Positions 28,630 through 39,566 of a DNA stretch of 64,000 bases are shown here, piece by piece. Below the pieces are notes generated by a model. That model had not been told where the DNA came from, searched no databases, and saw only the letters and a list, made by a program, of their open reading frames with translations. The DNA comes from Candidatus Woesearchaeota archaeon (GTDB lineage Archaea; Nanobdellota; Nanobdellia; Pacearchaeales; UBA284). Position numbers and translations under genes: made by a program. The number at the start of each line of letters is the position of its first letter. Positions within the stretch are counted from its first letter, which is position 1. Location of the stretch: assembly GCA_964354405.1 (NCBI GenBank), contig CAYGZP010000001.1, positions 84,879 through 148,878 on the forward strand, written 5' to 3'.

Positions 28630-29051
28630 AAATCTCTTTGCCCGCGCTAATTTAAATTACTTTCTATTGCAAAATATATTAAAAAAAGGTTATAAGGTAG
28701 CGACATAATGTATTTAAATTAAAAACTTCTTAAGAATCTGACTTTCGGGGGAAAGATGTTTAAACTAAATGGGGCGATTTCTGAAATTTTTACGAGTTTC
28801 ACTTACTTCATTTAGTTTTCTCTTTCCCGTATTAATTCTCAACTGCTACAATATACAGTATTATTTAAAATTCTGACACAAAAACTTGTATTTTTGAAGA
28901 TTTTGGCGTCGAAGAGCTGTGAAAACCGAAAAACTCGCAGAAAGTTATACTTAAAGCTCGAGGGAAAAGTTTAAATATTTAATATTGCCCTTATTTTTCA
29001 CAGAAATAACGAAAAAAGAGAACACAAGGGGCTGGGAGCGAGGAGAAAAAA

Positions 29052-29297
29052 ATGGCAATGACAGCAGGCGGCGGCCGTGACTTAAGAAAATATATGGATG
29101 ACCCGAAAACACTTGAAATCTTTGGTAAATTAATCAGCGGAAGAAGCGGTTATATTCCAGTCATAGAAAGAAGAGTGGAGATTGTTTATTGTAAAACTTG
29201 TCATCTACAATTGAGCGGCGAGGAAAAATTCTGCCCAGAGTGCGGGACAAAAGTCGTCAAAGAAGAACCAAAACAAGAACAAGAAGAAACTCAGTAG
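29052..29297 (+). CDS. small zinc-ribbon protein
   Basis: CKTCH...CPECG four-Cys ribbon; GGAGG-type SD upstream. Confidence 0.4.
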   Translation: MAMTAGGGRDLRKYMDDPKTLEIFGKLISGRSGYIPVIERRVEIVYCKTCHLQLSGEEKFCPECGTKVVKEEPKQEQEETQ

Positions 29298-29319
29298 ATT
29301 AGGGATTTAAAAATTTCAC

Positions 29320-29802
29320 TTATCTTGTAAGATATATTTCTCTGTAAGCCTTCATATCCAAGTAAGTAGCTAGAACTTTAGGCAACGTGCCGGGCCAATC
29401 ATTCACTTTTTCTATTTTGAAAACACTTTCAGTTTCATTAAAGTCTCTAGCTATGTACTCAAGCCGGGCTCCATCATGAACGCCCGTACTCTCTACATAT
29501 TTTTTTTCTGTCTTCGCTTTTAAAATGTATGCTCTTATACTATCTCCTTTCTCCAAAGGGCATAAACCATTAAAAATTAACTTTTTTATACCACTTATGT
29601 GTGTGAGACTTCCTTCAAGTCCTCCTTTTATATCTATGACAGTTTGGTATTTTTGTCCAACTTCTTCTGAATGGGCTTTCCCACCATAAACCCTAAAACC
29701 CGCAGGTGTAGGGTCAATAAATTTGTCTTCAACAGTGATTTTTACCTCAAGAATCGAGCAGTAGATACATTCCACAAAAGGGTCTAGATTTTGTTTTTTC
29801 AT
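29320..29802 (-). CDS. hypothetical protein
   Basis: ORF only; N-terminal C-x-x-C. Confidence 0.3.
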   Translation of the reverse strand: MKKQNLDPFVECIYCSILEVKITVEDKFIDPTPAGFRVYGGKAHSEEVGQKYQTVIDIKGGLEGSLTHISGIKKLIFNGLCPLEKGDSIRAYILKAKTEKKYVESTGVHDGARLEYIARDFNETESVFKIEKVNDWPGTLPKVLATYLDMKAYREIYLTR

Positions 29803-29862
29803 GAGTTGTATAGAAAAGATCGCTTTAAAATGTTTATTATAATAAAAAGATTATTTCAGAGT

Positions 29863-30837
29863 TTACTTGAAATTCTTTCTTATAGGGGCTATAATTTTCT
29901 CTAGCTGTTCCGCAACTGCATTCTTCAAGTCTAACGGATGTAACTTGCCATCTTTGTAAGTTTTTTCCAACGCAGCATAATTTGAAAATTCCAATGTTCC
30001 CCCAAACTTCGCAGCCCTATCGACTTTAAACTTATCCTTCAAGGGAAAGATAATCAGTCTCGCTATCTCTAAAACAGGATTATTTTCAACCACTTTCTCA
30101 GGACAATAAGCTCCTTGCAATGTTTTCTTTATCTCCTCATAAGAATCTGTCACAGCAATGCCCGAGCCCAAGATAGTTTTACTCATTTTCTCGCCCGGCC
30201 CTTTCAATGATGTTATCAATGGGGTGTGCAGAGCTACAAACTTGTAATCCAGGGCTTTTGACATCTCTTTTCCAATCATATGGACTTTTCTTTGCTCAAT
30301 TCCTCCTAAAGCGACATCAACTCCAAGATATTTGATGTCTACAACCTGCATCAAAGGATACCATAATTGTGAGATTGTTGCGTGTGCTATATCGCGGGCA
30401 ATTTCCTGCATGCTTCTTAATCCTCTATTAATTGTGGATTCCTGCGCGAGTCTCATGACATCCATCTGATACTCTTTGCCGAACTGAAAATCACTCCCTA
30501 AAACTATATCGGCTTTCAAACCAATCGCCTTGACTGTTTTTTTCCACGCGCTAACTTCCTTTTCAATTTCTTTCTCCCCGCCCTTCCTGTTCAAAAAAGC
30601 GTGAATATCAGCCAAGAGAACCTTGACTTTAAATCCTGCTTCGACAAAATCCATAAGTTTAATTATCGTTACGAAATGCCCAAGGTGCATCGGCCCGGAA
30701 GGCTCATAACCGCAATACACAACCGGAGTTTTCTTCTCTTTCAATAGTCTCCTTAGCTCTTCTTCTGTAACAATCTCTTCTGTATTCCTTTTAACAAGCT
30801 GAAACCTCTTTTCAATATCCATAAAACCCATAAGCAA
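29863..30837 (-). CDS. tyrS: tyrosyl-tRNA synthetase (archaeal type)
   Basis: Class I HIGH motif (HLGH) and KMSKS motif (KMSKT); short archaeal TyrRS architecture; C-terminal LHPxDLKNAVAE block. Confidence 0.85.
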   Translation of the reverse strand: MLMGFMDIEKRFQLVKRNTEEIVTEEELRRLLKEKKTPVVYCGYEPSGPMHLGHFVTIIKLMDFVEAGFKVKVLLADIHAFLNRKGGEKEIEKEVSAWKKTVKAIGLKADIVLGSDFQFGKEYQMDVMRLAQESTINRGLRSMQEIARDIAHATISQLWYPLMQVVDIKYLGVDVALGGIEQRKVHMIGKEMSKALDYKFVALHTPLITSLKGPGEKMSKTILGSGIAVTDSYEEIKKTLQGAYCPEKVVENNPVLEIARLIIFPLKDKFKVDRAAKFGGTLEFSNYAALEKTYKDGKLHPLDLKNAVAEQLEKIIAPIRKNFK

Positions 30838-30921
30838 AGATGTTTTTTATAGTTTTCGAATAAACTCAAACAAAAAGAATAAAAATGCTTAAATCCTGGG
30901 CATAGAAAGAAAAGAGGTAAA

Positions 30922-31353
30922 ATGGATTATATAAATATAATAATAAAACTTCTTGTAGCAGTGGCCTTGGCAGGATTGATTGGATTTGAGAGAGAAACCC
31001 GCAAGACAAAATCTCAAGGAACCGCGGGCTTAAGAACCCACATGTTAGTTGCTTTAGGCTCGGCATTATTGACTTTGATAAGTATCTATGGATTTTCAAA
31101 TGTCTATGGAAGCATCGCGGATCCAGGAAGACTAGTAAGTTATATTATTCTAGGAATCGGTTTTATCGGCGCAGGGACAATAATGGCATTACATGGCCGA
31201 GTTGTTGGATTGACAACCGCAGCTTCAATATGGCTCGTTTCTGCAATAGGCATAGCAGTGATGCTTGATTTATATGTAATCGCAGTAATAACCACATTAA
31301 TCGCTTTGATTATTTTGGAACTTTGGAGATTTGAAAAACACGTTTTAGACTAA
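30922..31353 (+). CDS. mgtC: MgtC/SapB-family membrane protein
   Basis: GLIGFERE...AGLRTH signature in the first TM helices. Confidence 0.7.
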   Translation: MDYINIIIKLLVAVALAGLIGFERETRKTKSQGTAGLRTHMLVALGSALLTLISIYGFSNVYGSIADPGRLVSYIILGIGFIGAGTIMALHGRVVGLTTAASIWLVSAIGIAVMLDLYVIAVITTLIALIILELWRFEKHVLD

Positions 31354-31359
31354 TTATCT

Positions 31360-31701
31360 ATGGAAACTCGAGCACTGTTAAAACTTTCTTTAGTTGTTGC
31401 CTTAGTCTCCACTTTTATTATAGTTATTCTTGCGAATAATCTCGAGCCGGAAACCAAATCAATAGAAACAATCAATGAAAAATCTTTAGACGAATGGATA
31501 AAGATTCAGGGAACAGTAACTCAAGAGACAAATATAGAAACTCTTAAAATTATAACAGTCAACGACGGCACAGCAAGCATAAACTGCATTCTAAGACAAA
31601 AATCAGACTCTTTCAAAGACAAGCGAGTCGAAATCTTGGGCAAAATTATTGATTACAAGGGCGAATTGGAGATAGAGATAAGCAGGATAAGAAATTTGTA
31701 A
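31360..31701 (+). CDS. membrane-anchored OB-fold protein (hypothetical)
   Basis: N-terminal TM anchor plus a beta-rich domain of about 80 aa; weak. Confidence 0.35.
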   Translation: METRALLKLSLVVALVSTFIIVILANNLEPETKSIETINEKSLDEWIKIQGTVTQETNIETLKIITVNDGTASINCILRQKSDSFKDKRVEILGKIIDYKGELEIEISRIRNL

Positions 31702-31702
31702 A

Positions 31703-32899
31703 ATGCTTGAGCAAATTTTTATTGCGATTTTCATTGGCATAATCGCCGGGGCTTTCACAGGACTTTTTCCAGGAATCCACATAAATCTTGTTGCGTTGTT
31801 ATTATTTGTATTATCCTCTTTCTTCCTGCAATTCACAACCCCTATTGTCTTAGCAACTTTCATTATAACAATGTCCATAACCCACACTTTTCTTGATTTT
31901 GTTCCTTCTGTTTTCTTGGGCGCACCGAACGAAGATACTGTGTTAAGTGTTCTACCTGGCCATAGGATGCTTATGCAAGGCCAAGGCTATAGTGCAATAA
32001 AATTAACAACAATTGGCGCGTTCTTCGGGGTTCTCATCGCCATCGCGTTAACTCCAATATTTATTGTAACTGCTCCCTTATTTTATCCCTTCCTTGTTAA
32101 GATAATGGCTTTCTTATTAATTGCAATTGTAGGATTTTTAATCTGGCAGGAAGAAAAGAAAATGTGGGCTTTCATTATTTTCGCGCTATCAGGAATTCTT
32201 GGCTTAGCAACAATGAACTTGACAACAATAAAACAATCTTTATTCCCATTATTCTCAGGATTATTTGCTATCTCTCTCCTTACAATGAGTTTTCTGCAAA
32301 ATGTTCATCTTCCAAGACAAAAAATCAAAAAAATAAAGATTGAGAGAAAAGAAACTGTAAAAACTCTTGGATTGAGCATCATCGCCTCGAGTTTAGTATC
32401 ATTTTTGCCTGGTGTGGGCTCTGCCCAAGCTGCGACAATAGCCTCGGCATTGAAAAAATTTGATGAAAAGATGTTTCTTGTGCTTCTTGGGGCAGTCAAT
32501 ACAATAACCATGCTTTTGAGCTTTGTTGCGCTATATGCTATACAAAAGCCGCGAAGCGGAGTTGCCGTATTCGCAGGAAAGTTCTTGCCTTTTCTTAATC
32601 TACAGCAATTAGTTTTCTTGCTTCTCGCTGGTTTAATTGCCGCGAGTGTTTCAGTTTTTCTCTCATTGTTCTTTGCCCGGGTGTTCTCAAAAGGCATAGT
32701 AAAAATAAATTACAAGTGGCTCTGTCTTTCAATAATAATTTTCATAACAATTCTCTCGCTCATCCTTTCAGGCCCATTCTCATTACTCATTCTTATTGCG
32801 GGGGCATCTATAGGAATCGCCACAAGTCTTATAGGAATAAAAAAAATCCACATGATGGGCTCGCTGCTATTGCCAGTGATTGTCTACTATCTTTTCTAA
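31703..32899 (+). CDS. TctA-like (DUF112) polytopic membrane transporter
   Basis: Internally duplicated G-x3-G-x-(L/F)PG-hG motif (GAFTGLFPGIH and SFLPGVGSAQA) characteristic of DUF112. Confidence 0.45.
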   Translation: MLEQIFIAIFIGIIAGAFTGLFPGIHINLVALLLFVLSSFFLQFTTPIVLATFIITMSITHTFLDFVPSVFLGAPNEDTVLSVLPGHRMLMQGQGYSAIKLTTIGAFFGVLIAIALTPIFIVTAPLFYPFLVKIMAFLLIAIVGFLIWQEEKKMWAFIIFALSGILGLATMNLTTIKQSLFPLFSGLFAISLLTMSFLQNVHLPRQKIKKIKIERKETVKTLGLSIIASSLVSFLPGVGSAQAATIASALKKFDEKMFLVLLGAVNTITMLLSFVALYAIQKPRSGVAVFAGKFLPFLNLQQLVFLLLAGLIAASVSVFLSLFFARVFSKGIVKINYKWLCLSIIIFITILSLILSGPFSLLILIAGASIGIATSLIGIKKIHMMGSLLLPVIVYYLF

Positions 32900-33122
32900 T
32901 GGCCATAATTAGTTATTTGATAAATGGTTTTTTCAATAAGATTATTTGCCCATACATATTTGAAAAAAAGATATAAAAACGCCACTAAACTTATGGCGAT
33001 TCCTCCGATTACAATTCCAGTTGTTAAAGAATCTAAATCTTTGTTTTCTTTATTAGTTTTGTCTTCTAAATTCATAAAAATTAAAGGAATTGTTTTATAT
33101 AAATAATTTATCGTGCTAGAAA

Positions 33123-36100
33123 TCAACTCCACTTCTTCAAGTCTTGCTGCTTCTCAGTCTCTTTGCCGAACATGCTTTCAATCGCAGCCTTCACAAGTTC
33201 CAGACTTTGCCGAATGTAAGGAGAGACATTATAATCCTTCGCCAATGATATCGCTGGCTCGAGATATTTAACAATAGAACCTTCTGCAATCGTGAATATT
33301 ATTCTGCCATTACATGTATTTCCATTGTTCAAAATTTTGATGCATTTGCCCGCGAGAGGAGGCCTTCTGTATTTTTCATTACAACTAACACATCTGAACT
33401 GCTGTTGTGTGAATTTGTTGAAGTTTCCCTTGATATCTCTCATAAAGTGCCTGTCGATGATAAGCCTCGCCATGTCTGATTCATCAACTGCTCTCAGTTT
33501 CTTCGCCAAATCCATCTGGCTAAATAACTTATCCTTCATCGTTATGAGAGTTTTATAAGAACTGCATAGAATTCCATCGTTGACATTAGATGTCTGGTGG
33601 GTGTAGTACAGGTTTCGGAAAGCATCAAACTCCCCGCCATTCCTTATTCTGTCGCTAATCTGTTCAATCTTGATCGTGTTCGGCATCATTTCTTTCTCAG
33701 CTGCCATATAAAGTTCTAAAGGATATTCTTTAACAATATCTATATCAAAAATCATGTCATCAACTTCAGCGGGCCTTATTCTTGCATTCAAAATCAATGG
33801 AGCATCTTGTGTTGCTCCTCTATGTGCGGGCAGATATTCTCTTGAGAAATTTACCAAAGCATCAAGAAGCAAGATTATTGCAGCTTCATCTCCATCACAA
33901 TCTCTTCTCATCGCAGCATGCATGTAAGGCGATGCCAAGAAACCCTGAGTTTTGCTGAATCCGATGATTCTTCCAACAACCCCTGCACAATTATGCGGTG
34001 CCATGCACAAAGTTAAATGCCCAACTAAATCCTCTTTCTTCTTCAGATTGTAAAAAGCGGGCAAGCCATAAAGATTTACAAGAAGAGAATCAACAAACTT
34101 TGCTACTTTAAAAAAAGTTTCGTCCGCAGGCTCGTCAGAAGAAGCATCTGCACAAGGCAAAAGAATATCATGGGGCATAATCTCTAAAATCTGATTCTCA
34201 TGTTCCAATTCTTTGCCAAACATATCTTTTTTGTAGCCCAATGCTTTCAATTTCTCTATTGGAACATTAATCTCGCATGGTTTGAACTGCGTTATTGGAG
34301 TTTCACTAGCATCATAACGGATTGTTCCATCTTTATTTACATGTATATTCAACAATGCTCGCAAAATTCCTTTGCCGAGATGTTCAGGGGTGTGGTTCAC
34401 AGAACTCGTTCCTCTGACTCCCTTAACTAGTGCCGGCAGTTCTTTCTGATTCAATAACTTGACGGCAGAATCAAAATAATGTTTTATATCGATGTTTCTC
34501 TCGTGATATGTTCTCGCCTTGCCATGTAAGGGACAAGATTCACTCAATAAGTTCTTCGAACATTGATGACAGTAATAAAGTTGCTTTGTTTTATTGCCAC
34601 AGTTCTCACAAATATAATAAACTGTTTCTTTTTTGCAGTTTTCACAGAAATATATTGGGAAATCTGCCTTGACATGCCCCTTTTCCATCGCGGCCATCAT
34701 GCTTCGAAGTTTCCCTCCTTCTTCTCCTACAGGAAACAATACATGCGGTGAGCCAGTTAACTCGCGAGGCTTTGCTTTCTCAGGCCTTCCCATCCTCGAA
34801 CCGATAAAAGTTCCTGCTTTATCCTTAATTTTAAGCTTTGAAAAGGAGTTTACAATCTCCAAAACATTCTTTTGCTGTATTTCTTGTCTTTCTTTTTGCA
34901 ACTTTTCATGAATTTCCGAGACATTATTAAAATTTTTCATCTCAGAGTCTAACCCCAAATTCACTGCCAAAGCACTTGCTTCGTTTTTTTCTATGACAAC
35001 ACTTGCTGTCGCAACTTGATGCTCAACTCCAAGTAGCTCTAACGCTCTTTTTGCAACGGCGAGCTCCTCGCGTCTATGGGTTTCGTAAGGCAAATCTATT
35101 TTACCGTCGCGGATTGTTGCTTCAGTAAACCATTTCATCAATTCAAAAAATTGTTCAAAATTTATCTGGCTCCAGAAAAAAATGTATTTTGGATAAAGCG
35201 CCAAGTTAAACAACGCGCTTATTTTTATCGCATCTTCGAGTGAAGGCGCTCTTCTATCAAGATATTGTAAAGATTTTTGGATTGATTCGAGCTCTTGCTG
35301 GCTTTTTCCCTGCAGCATTTCAGGATTAGAATACTTAGTCGCAATTTCTTTCAGTTCAGCCAGCCACCACTCTTCATTATACCCGCAAGGCAACAGCGGC
35401 TGATTTCTGTTGAAAAAATCTCCGTAAGTTATGAGGATATCTCCGCTATACAAAATCTCTTGAACCTTATTATCAATCTTGTCAGCATCTTCTCTTGCAT
35501 TGACTTTCAAAACTGAGCCGTCTTTTAACTTGACTATTGGTCCATCGATATCATCACAAACACCAACAGCCGCGGCTTTCATTGGTTTTTCCAACTTAAG
35601 TTGCGTCGCAGCAGCAATAAATCCATTCAGCAGTTTCATCGTCGCAGGATGCAGAGCAACAGCACTATAGCCGCTATATCGAGATCTCCCATATCTCAAC
35701 CTGAACGCACCTGAATAAGATGGATGCCCAAAGATTGGCCTGCCTGCCACAGCATCCTGGATATAGGTTCCTGTAGCTGCTTGTTTTTTCTCTTTAATCA
35801 TTTCTTTCTGCATGTTCACGAAGTCTTCAAGAAAATCCCAATCAGGAAGTTTGAATCCCCTTGTCCTAAGTTTTTGGACAATCTTCAATAGCTTGGGAGC
35901 TTTTTGCGTCAATGATTCGCCGATTACAAGACAAACCCCATTTCTTAATCTGTCTGTATGAACCCGCTCTAAATCCTTGTAATTTGAAACTTCGCGCTCT
36001 TCAGAAGGCAGTCCCTCAATCTGTATCGGCAAGTTTCTCACGAAAAAATCAATCTCTTTCTCCGACGGCAAATACTGCAAGTTAGTAATTCTTTCATGAT

Positions 36101-36674
36101 AATCATAAAGTTCTGTGATGGTTCTTTTTATCTCGAGTTCTGTGGGGTCATATTTTGCATATCCAAACATATTTCTTAGATAATCTATAATTACTACTGC
36201 AAATGCCGCCGCTGTTGTTCCCGCACTTCTTATTGGCCCAGAAAAGAATGCGGCCCAGTAATCTTCTCCTTTCTTTGTCTTGCGCACTTCATAATGTGTA
36301 AAACCTTCTAGAGGAGGAACGACAACCCCTAATGTATAATAAGCAAAAGCAACTCTTATGCCCGCGTCTATTGCTTCCAACAAACTTTGGAACTTACAGA
36401 ACTTTTCCTTTGCAATCTCTTCTGCAATCTTCAAGCACACAGCATGATCTAAGAATCCATACTCTTTTTCTAACTCGCGGATTCGAGTCTCGACTTTTTC
36501 ATTGTTGACTTGAGGATACATTGTCCCGACTAATGCCATGGTTCTTTGTGCAAGATTTGTTGCAAGAGAGATTTCAACAACAGACTTGGGATCATATCCT
36601 TTTGCTCTTGCTTGCTTCGCTATATCATAAAGTTCATGCGTTCTATCCTGGATCTCCTTGAAATATTGCTGCAT
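33123..36674 (-). CDS. polD-DP2: DNA polymerase II (PolD) large catalytic subunit DP2
   Basis: Conserved DP2 N-terminus, Cys-cluster zinc modules (CENCKKETVYYICENCG / CHQCS...C), typical ~1180 aa length; no intein blocks seen. Confidence 0.9.
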   Translation of the reverse strand: MQQYFKEIQDRTHELYDIAKQARAKGYDPKSVVEISLATNLAQRTMALVGTMYPQVNNEKVETRIRELEKEYGFLDHAVCLKIAEEIAKEKFCKFQSLLEAIDAGIRVAFAYYTLGVVVPPLEGFTHYEVRKTKKGEDYWAAFFSGPIRSAGTTAAAFAVVIIDYLRNMFGYAKYDPTELEIKRTITELYDYHERITNLQYLPSEKEIDFFVRNLPIQIEGLPSEEREVSNYKDLERVHTDRLRNGVCLVIGESLTQKAPKLLKIVQKLRTRGFKLPDWDFLEDFVNMQKEMIKEKKQAATGTYIQDAVAGRPIFGHPSYSGAFRLRYGRSRYSGYSAVALHPATMKLLNGFIAAATQLKLEKPMKAAAVGVCDDIDGPIVKLKDGSVLKVNAREDADKIDNKVQEILYSGDILITYGDFFNRNQPLLPCGYNEEWWLAELKEIATKYSNPEMLQGKSQQELESIQKSLQYLDRRAPSLEDAIKISALFNLALYPKYIFFWSQINFEQFFELMKWFTEATIRDGKIDLPYETHRREELAVAKRALELLGVEHQVATASVVIEKNEASALAVNLGLDSEMKNFNNVSEIHEKLQKERQEIQQKNVLEIVNSFSKLKIKDKAGTFIGSRMGRPEKAKPRELTGSPHVLFPVGEEGGKLRSMMAAMEKGHVKADFPIYFCENCKKETVYYICENCGNKTKQLYYCHQCSKNLLSESCPLHGKARTYHERNIDIKHYFDSAVKLLNQKELPALVKGVRGTSSVNHTPEHLGKGILRALLNIHVNKDGTIRYDASETPITQFKPCEINVPIEKLKALGYKKDMFGKELEHENQILEIMPHDILLPCADASSDEPADETFFKVAKFVDSLLVNLYGLPAFYNLKKKEDLVGHLTLCMAPHNCAGVVGRIIGFSKTQGFLASPYMHAAMRRDCDGDEAAIILLLDALVNFSREYLPAHRGATQDAPLILNARIRPAEVDDMIFDIDIVKEYPLELYMAAEKEMMPNTIKIEQISDRIRNGGEFDAFRNLYYTHQTSNVNDGILCSSYKTLITMKDKLFSQMDLAKKLRAVDESDMARLIIDRHFMRDIKGNFNKFTQQQFRCVSCNEKYRRPPLAGKCIKILNNGNTCNGRIIFTIAEGSIVKYLEPAISLAKDYNVSPYIRQSLELVKAAIESMFGKETEKQQDLKKWS

Positions 36675-36705
36675 TTTTTATCTTTTTTATTTTTTCTTAG
36701 TTAAA

Positions 36706-38256
36706 TCAACTGAAATCCATCACGCTGACTTTTCCTGTTTTTAAATTTAATATTGGAACCTTGCAAGGATCTGGCTCGTGCCCGAATTTTTCTTGATAAG
36801 CTGTCTTGCTCTGCCAGCACGAGCACGAAATCGTCAAAATATTGTTGTAATGCGAAACAGCACTTTTGTGGATATGTCCAACAACAAAAATATCAGGAAT
36901 CATTCTTAGCACAAGATAGTCTTTTTCTGAAGGATAGTAAGTTGTGGAAGTGTGTGAAGGCGCGAGATGCCTTTTATTCAGAAGGAAGTGACTAATCATA
37001 TCGGGTTTTAGTTTTGCGTTGTTGAGTCTCAACACATCAACTACATCCCCATAATAATCATAGGAATCTCCATGATACATCAACACATCAAATCCCTGAA
37101 AGTTTTTTGTCTGTCCGATTCTTATAACCGATGGATTGACTGTAAGCATAACATTTTCCATTGCATTCAGCTCAGGCGCGAATTCCTTTGGAATCTTTGG
37201 CTGTGGCTCTACCTGCCTCACAGCGTCATGCTTTCCCCCCGCGCACATAATTATTGTAACATCTTTTCTTATTCTTCCAAGATGCTCTGCCAAAAGCCTA
37301 TACTGTTCCTTGACATCTTTGATATTCAATTCTTTCTCTTGTTTAGGATGAACCCCCACCCCATCAACATTATCTCCGGCAATGAAAAGATATTTTACTT
37401 TTTTTGCCATCTCTTTCTGCTGTTCCGAACCCACATTTCCGTTAAGCCAGTCAATAAATTTCAGAAAATTATCCTCGAGAAATCTTACTGAGCCGAGATG
37501 AATGTCAGAAGTAAACGCAACATATTCCTCTTTTGGCGAGAACTTTTTTTCTTTCGCGAGATTTGGAAAAATTACATCATTAACAAATAATATTTCTCGC
37601 GAACCCGCCCCTGTGATAGCGATAACCTCATCTAAAACTATGCTCTGCGCTTTTTCAAACAGTTCTGTCTTGTCTTTATTGATTATCACCGGGATTTTTC
37701 CTGTCATATCCTCAATTTCAATCAGAAGATTTTTGTTTTTTGTGACTCTTATATCGTAAACCATCCCAATGATGGAAATCATTCTTCTCTGCCCTGATAA
37801 TTTTCCGATGCTGCTCAATCCTTCTATCTCCCTCTCCTGTAAACAAATCTTCAAAACATTGTATCTGTCTCTAAAATACTTGACAAAATCTTCTACAGTT
37901 ATCTTCTTTGCAGGAAATTCATGAGAATCAATAACCACCGCGTTCCTTTTCCAGTCAAATGGTATTTTCGTCGGCTCGCTCTTAACTTTAATTTCTTCTG
38001 TCACATCCAAAGAAAACGCTTTTTTTATTCTCTCCAGCTGCTCTAGACTAAAACTACCGAAGTTTCCTGATTCAAGATTTTTTACAATTTCATGTATATT
38101 TTGATAAATTAAATTCTTTGTGATAAGTTTTGGTGGGTTCAGATTAAGAAGGATTTTTGCCAGAGGAATCTCGGCAAAGGGATCTTCCAAGAGTTTTGCG
38201 ATATCGTTACCTACAAGATAGCCTTGCGACAGCAACAACCTTACATCTTCTTTCAT
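36706..38256 (-). CDS. polD-DP1: DNA polymerase II (PolD) small subunit DP1 (calcineurin-like 3'-5' exonuclease)
   Basis: Metallophosphoesterase motifs (FIAGDNVDG, MYHGD, VVGHIH) and an OB-fold N-terminal region; immediately upstream of DP2. Confidence 0.85.
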   Translation of the reverse strand: MKEDVRLLLSQGYLVGNDIAKLLEDPFAEIPLAKILLNLNPPKLITKNLIYQNIHEIVKNLESGNFGSFSLEQLERIKKAFSLDVTEEIKVKSEPTKIPFDWKRNAVVIDSHEFPAKKITVEDFVKYFRDRYNVLKICLQEREIEGLSSIGKLSGQRRMISIIGMVYDIRVTKNKNLLIEIEDMTGKIPVIINKDKTELFEKAQSIVLDEVIAITGAGSREILFVNDVIFPNLAKEKKFSPKEEYVAFTSDIHLGSVRFLEDNFLKFIDWLNGNVGSEQQKEMAKKVKYLFIAGDNVDGVGVHPKQEKELNIKDVKEQYRLLAEHLGRIRKDVTIIMCAGGKHDAVRQVEPQPKIPKEFAPELNAMENVMLTVNPSVIRIGQTKNFQGFDVLMYHGDSYDYYGDVVDVLRLNNAKLKPDMISHFLLNKRHLAPSHTSTTYYPSEKDYLVLRMIPDIFVVGHIHKSAVSHYNNILTISCSCWQSKTAYQEKFGHEPDPCKVPILNLKTGKVSVMDFS

Positions 38257-38285
38257 TTTTGAATTTTAACGTTACTACAGAAACG

Positions 38286-39566
38286 CTATATTACGAGTGC
38301 TTCTTTCAATACTAAATTAATTTTTTCTACTAAAAATGCAGGCAAATCTATTCTTATCTCTCTTGTTCTGCCGTAACGCCCCTTGCTTATAACTTTAGCA
38401 TTAATTATGCCCTGCATATCAAATTGCGCGATAATATCACTTACTCTTCTCTGAGTAAGATAATCCACCTTGAATTTTTTACAAAGTTCCCGATATAAAT
38501 TATAAATATCTCCTGTAAACAATGCCGCGTCTTTCCTTTCATGCATAGTTTTCTTGAAGAGTTCTATTATAGACATCAAAACGAGCTGAAATTGCTTTGG
38601 TTGCATCTCCACAGCAACTAAAATTTTCTCTGTTTCGATTTTTTCATTTGCTCTATCTATGTATTCTAATGTTATCTTGCTCTTACTGTCTCTCTCTACT
38701 AACTCTCCAGCGATTCTCAATAAATCTAAGGCCCTTCTCGCGTCTCCGTGTTCTCTCGCAGCAAATGCCGCACATTTTTCAACAACCCCGTCACCGATTA
38801 CCCCGCTCTTGAAAGCCCCCCTTGCCCTTTCTTTCAAAATGTCTTGAAGCTGCAACGCATTATATGGAGGAAAAAGCATTTCCTCCTCGCTCAAAGAGCT
38901 TCTAACTCTAGGATCCAAAGATTCTAAAAATTTCAAATCATTAGAAATTCCGATGATGCTTATCTGCGCATTGTTCAATTCGTTGTTTAATCTAGTAAAA
39001 TTATAAAGGAACTCGTCTCCGATTCTTTTGACAGCTTGGTCAATCTCATCAAAAACCACAATTAACACCTGTTTTTTGTCATCAATTAGACTCATAAATC
39101 GATGGTAAAGCTGATCAGTAGGCAACCCCGTAGCTGGAACCTTATCCCCTAATTTTCTAATCAGCTCAGCTAATATTCTATACTCAGTATCAGAAACTTT
39201 TTTTAGTTTGCAATTGATAAAAGGAATCAAAAGGGTTATATTCTGCTCCTGTGCTTTTTTCTGTAGTTGTTTTTTAACATATTGTAATACAAGTGTCTTT
39301 CCTGTCCCAGTCAAACCGTAAACAAAAAGGTTGCTCGGTTTCTCAAGTCTCAAACTTGGCGCGACAATAGCGGCAACTTGGGAAACTTGTTTATCTCTAT
39401 GCGGGATGTTCTCCGGGGTATAGTTAGTCTGTAAGATTATTTTGTTTTTGAATATGGTTTGTTTGATAAAAGAATCGAAAATCTTGTTTATGCTATTTCC
39501 CTTCTCATCGTTTCTTCCTTCTTTCCCTTCGTTTTTTCCGTTTTCCCTTCCTTTTTTCTTCTCCAT
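38286..39566 (-). CDS. cdc6: Orc1/Cdc6 replication initiator (AAA+)
   Basis: Walker A GLTGTGKT, Walker B VVFDEID, sensor/arginine-finger region, C-terminal winged helix; low-complexity N-terminal tail. Confidence 0.9.
   Translation of the reverse strand: MEKKKGRENGKNEGKEGRNDEKGNSINKIFDSFIKQTIFKNKIILQTNYTPENIPHRDKQVSQVAAIVAPSLRLEKPSNLFVYGLTGTGKTLVLQYVKKQLQKKAQEQNITLLIPFINCKLKKVSDTEYRILAELIRKLGDKVPATGLPTDQLYHRFMSLIDDKKQVLIVVFDEIDQAVKRIGDEFLYNFTRLNNELNNAQISIIGISNDLKFLESLDPRVRSSLSEEEMLFPPYNALQLQDILKERARGAFKSGVIGDGVVEKCAAFAAREHGDARRALDLLRIAGELVERDSKSKITLEYIDRANEKIETEKILVAVEMQPKQFQLVLMSIIELFKKTMHERKDAALFTGDIYNLYRELCKKFKVDYLTQRRVSDIIAQFDMQGIINAKVISKGRYGRTREIRIDLPAFLVEKINLVLKEALVI

Noticed and set aside
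30866-31099. 77-aa minus-strand ORF overlapping the mgtC start
   Set aside because: Overlaps the well-supported MgtC gene and its SD; no start signal
33123-36674. Checked PolD DP2 for an intein (common in archaeal PolD)
   Set aside because: Length is typical for intein-free DP2 and no LAGLIDADG or terminal C...HN signature was found
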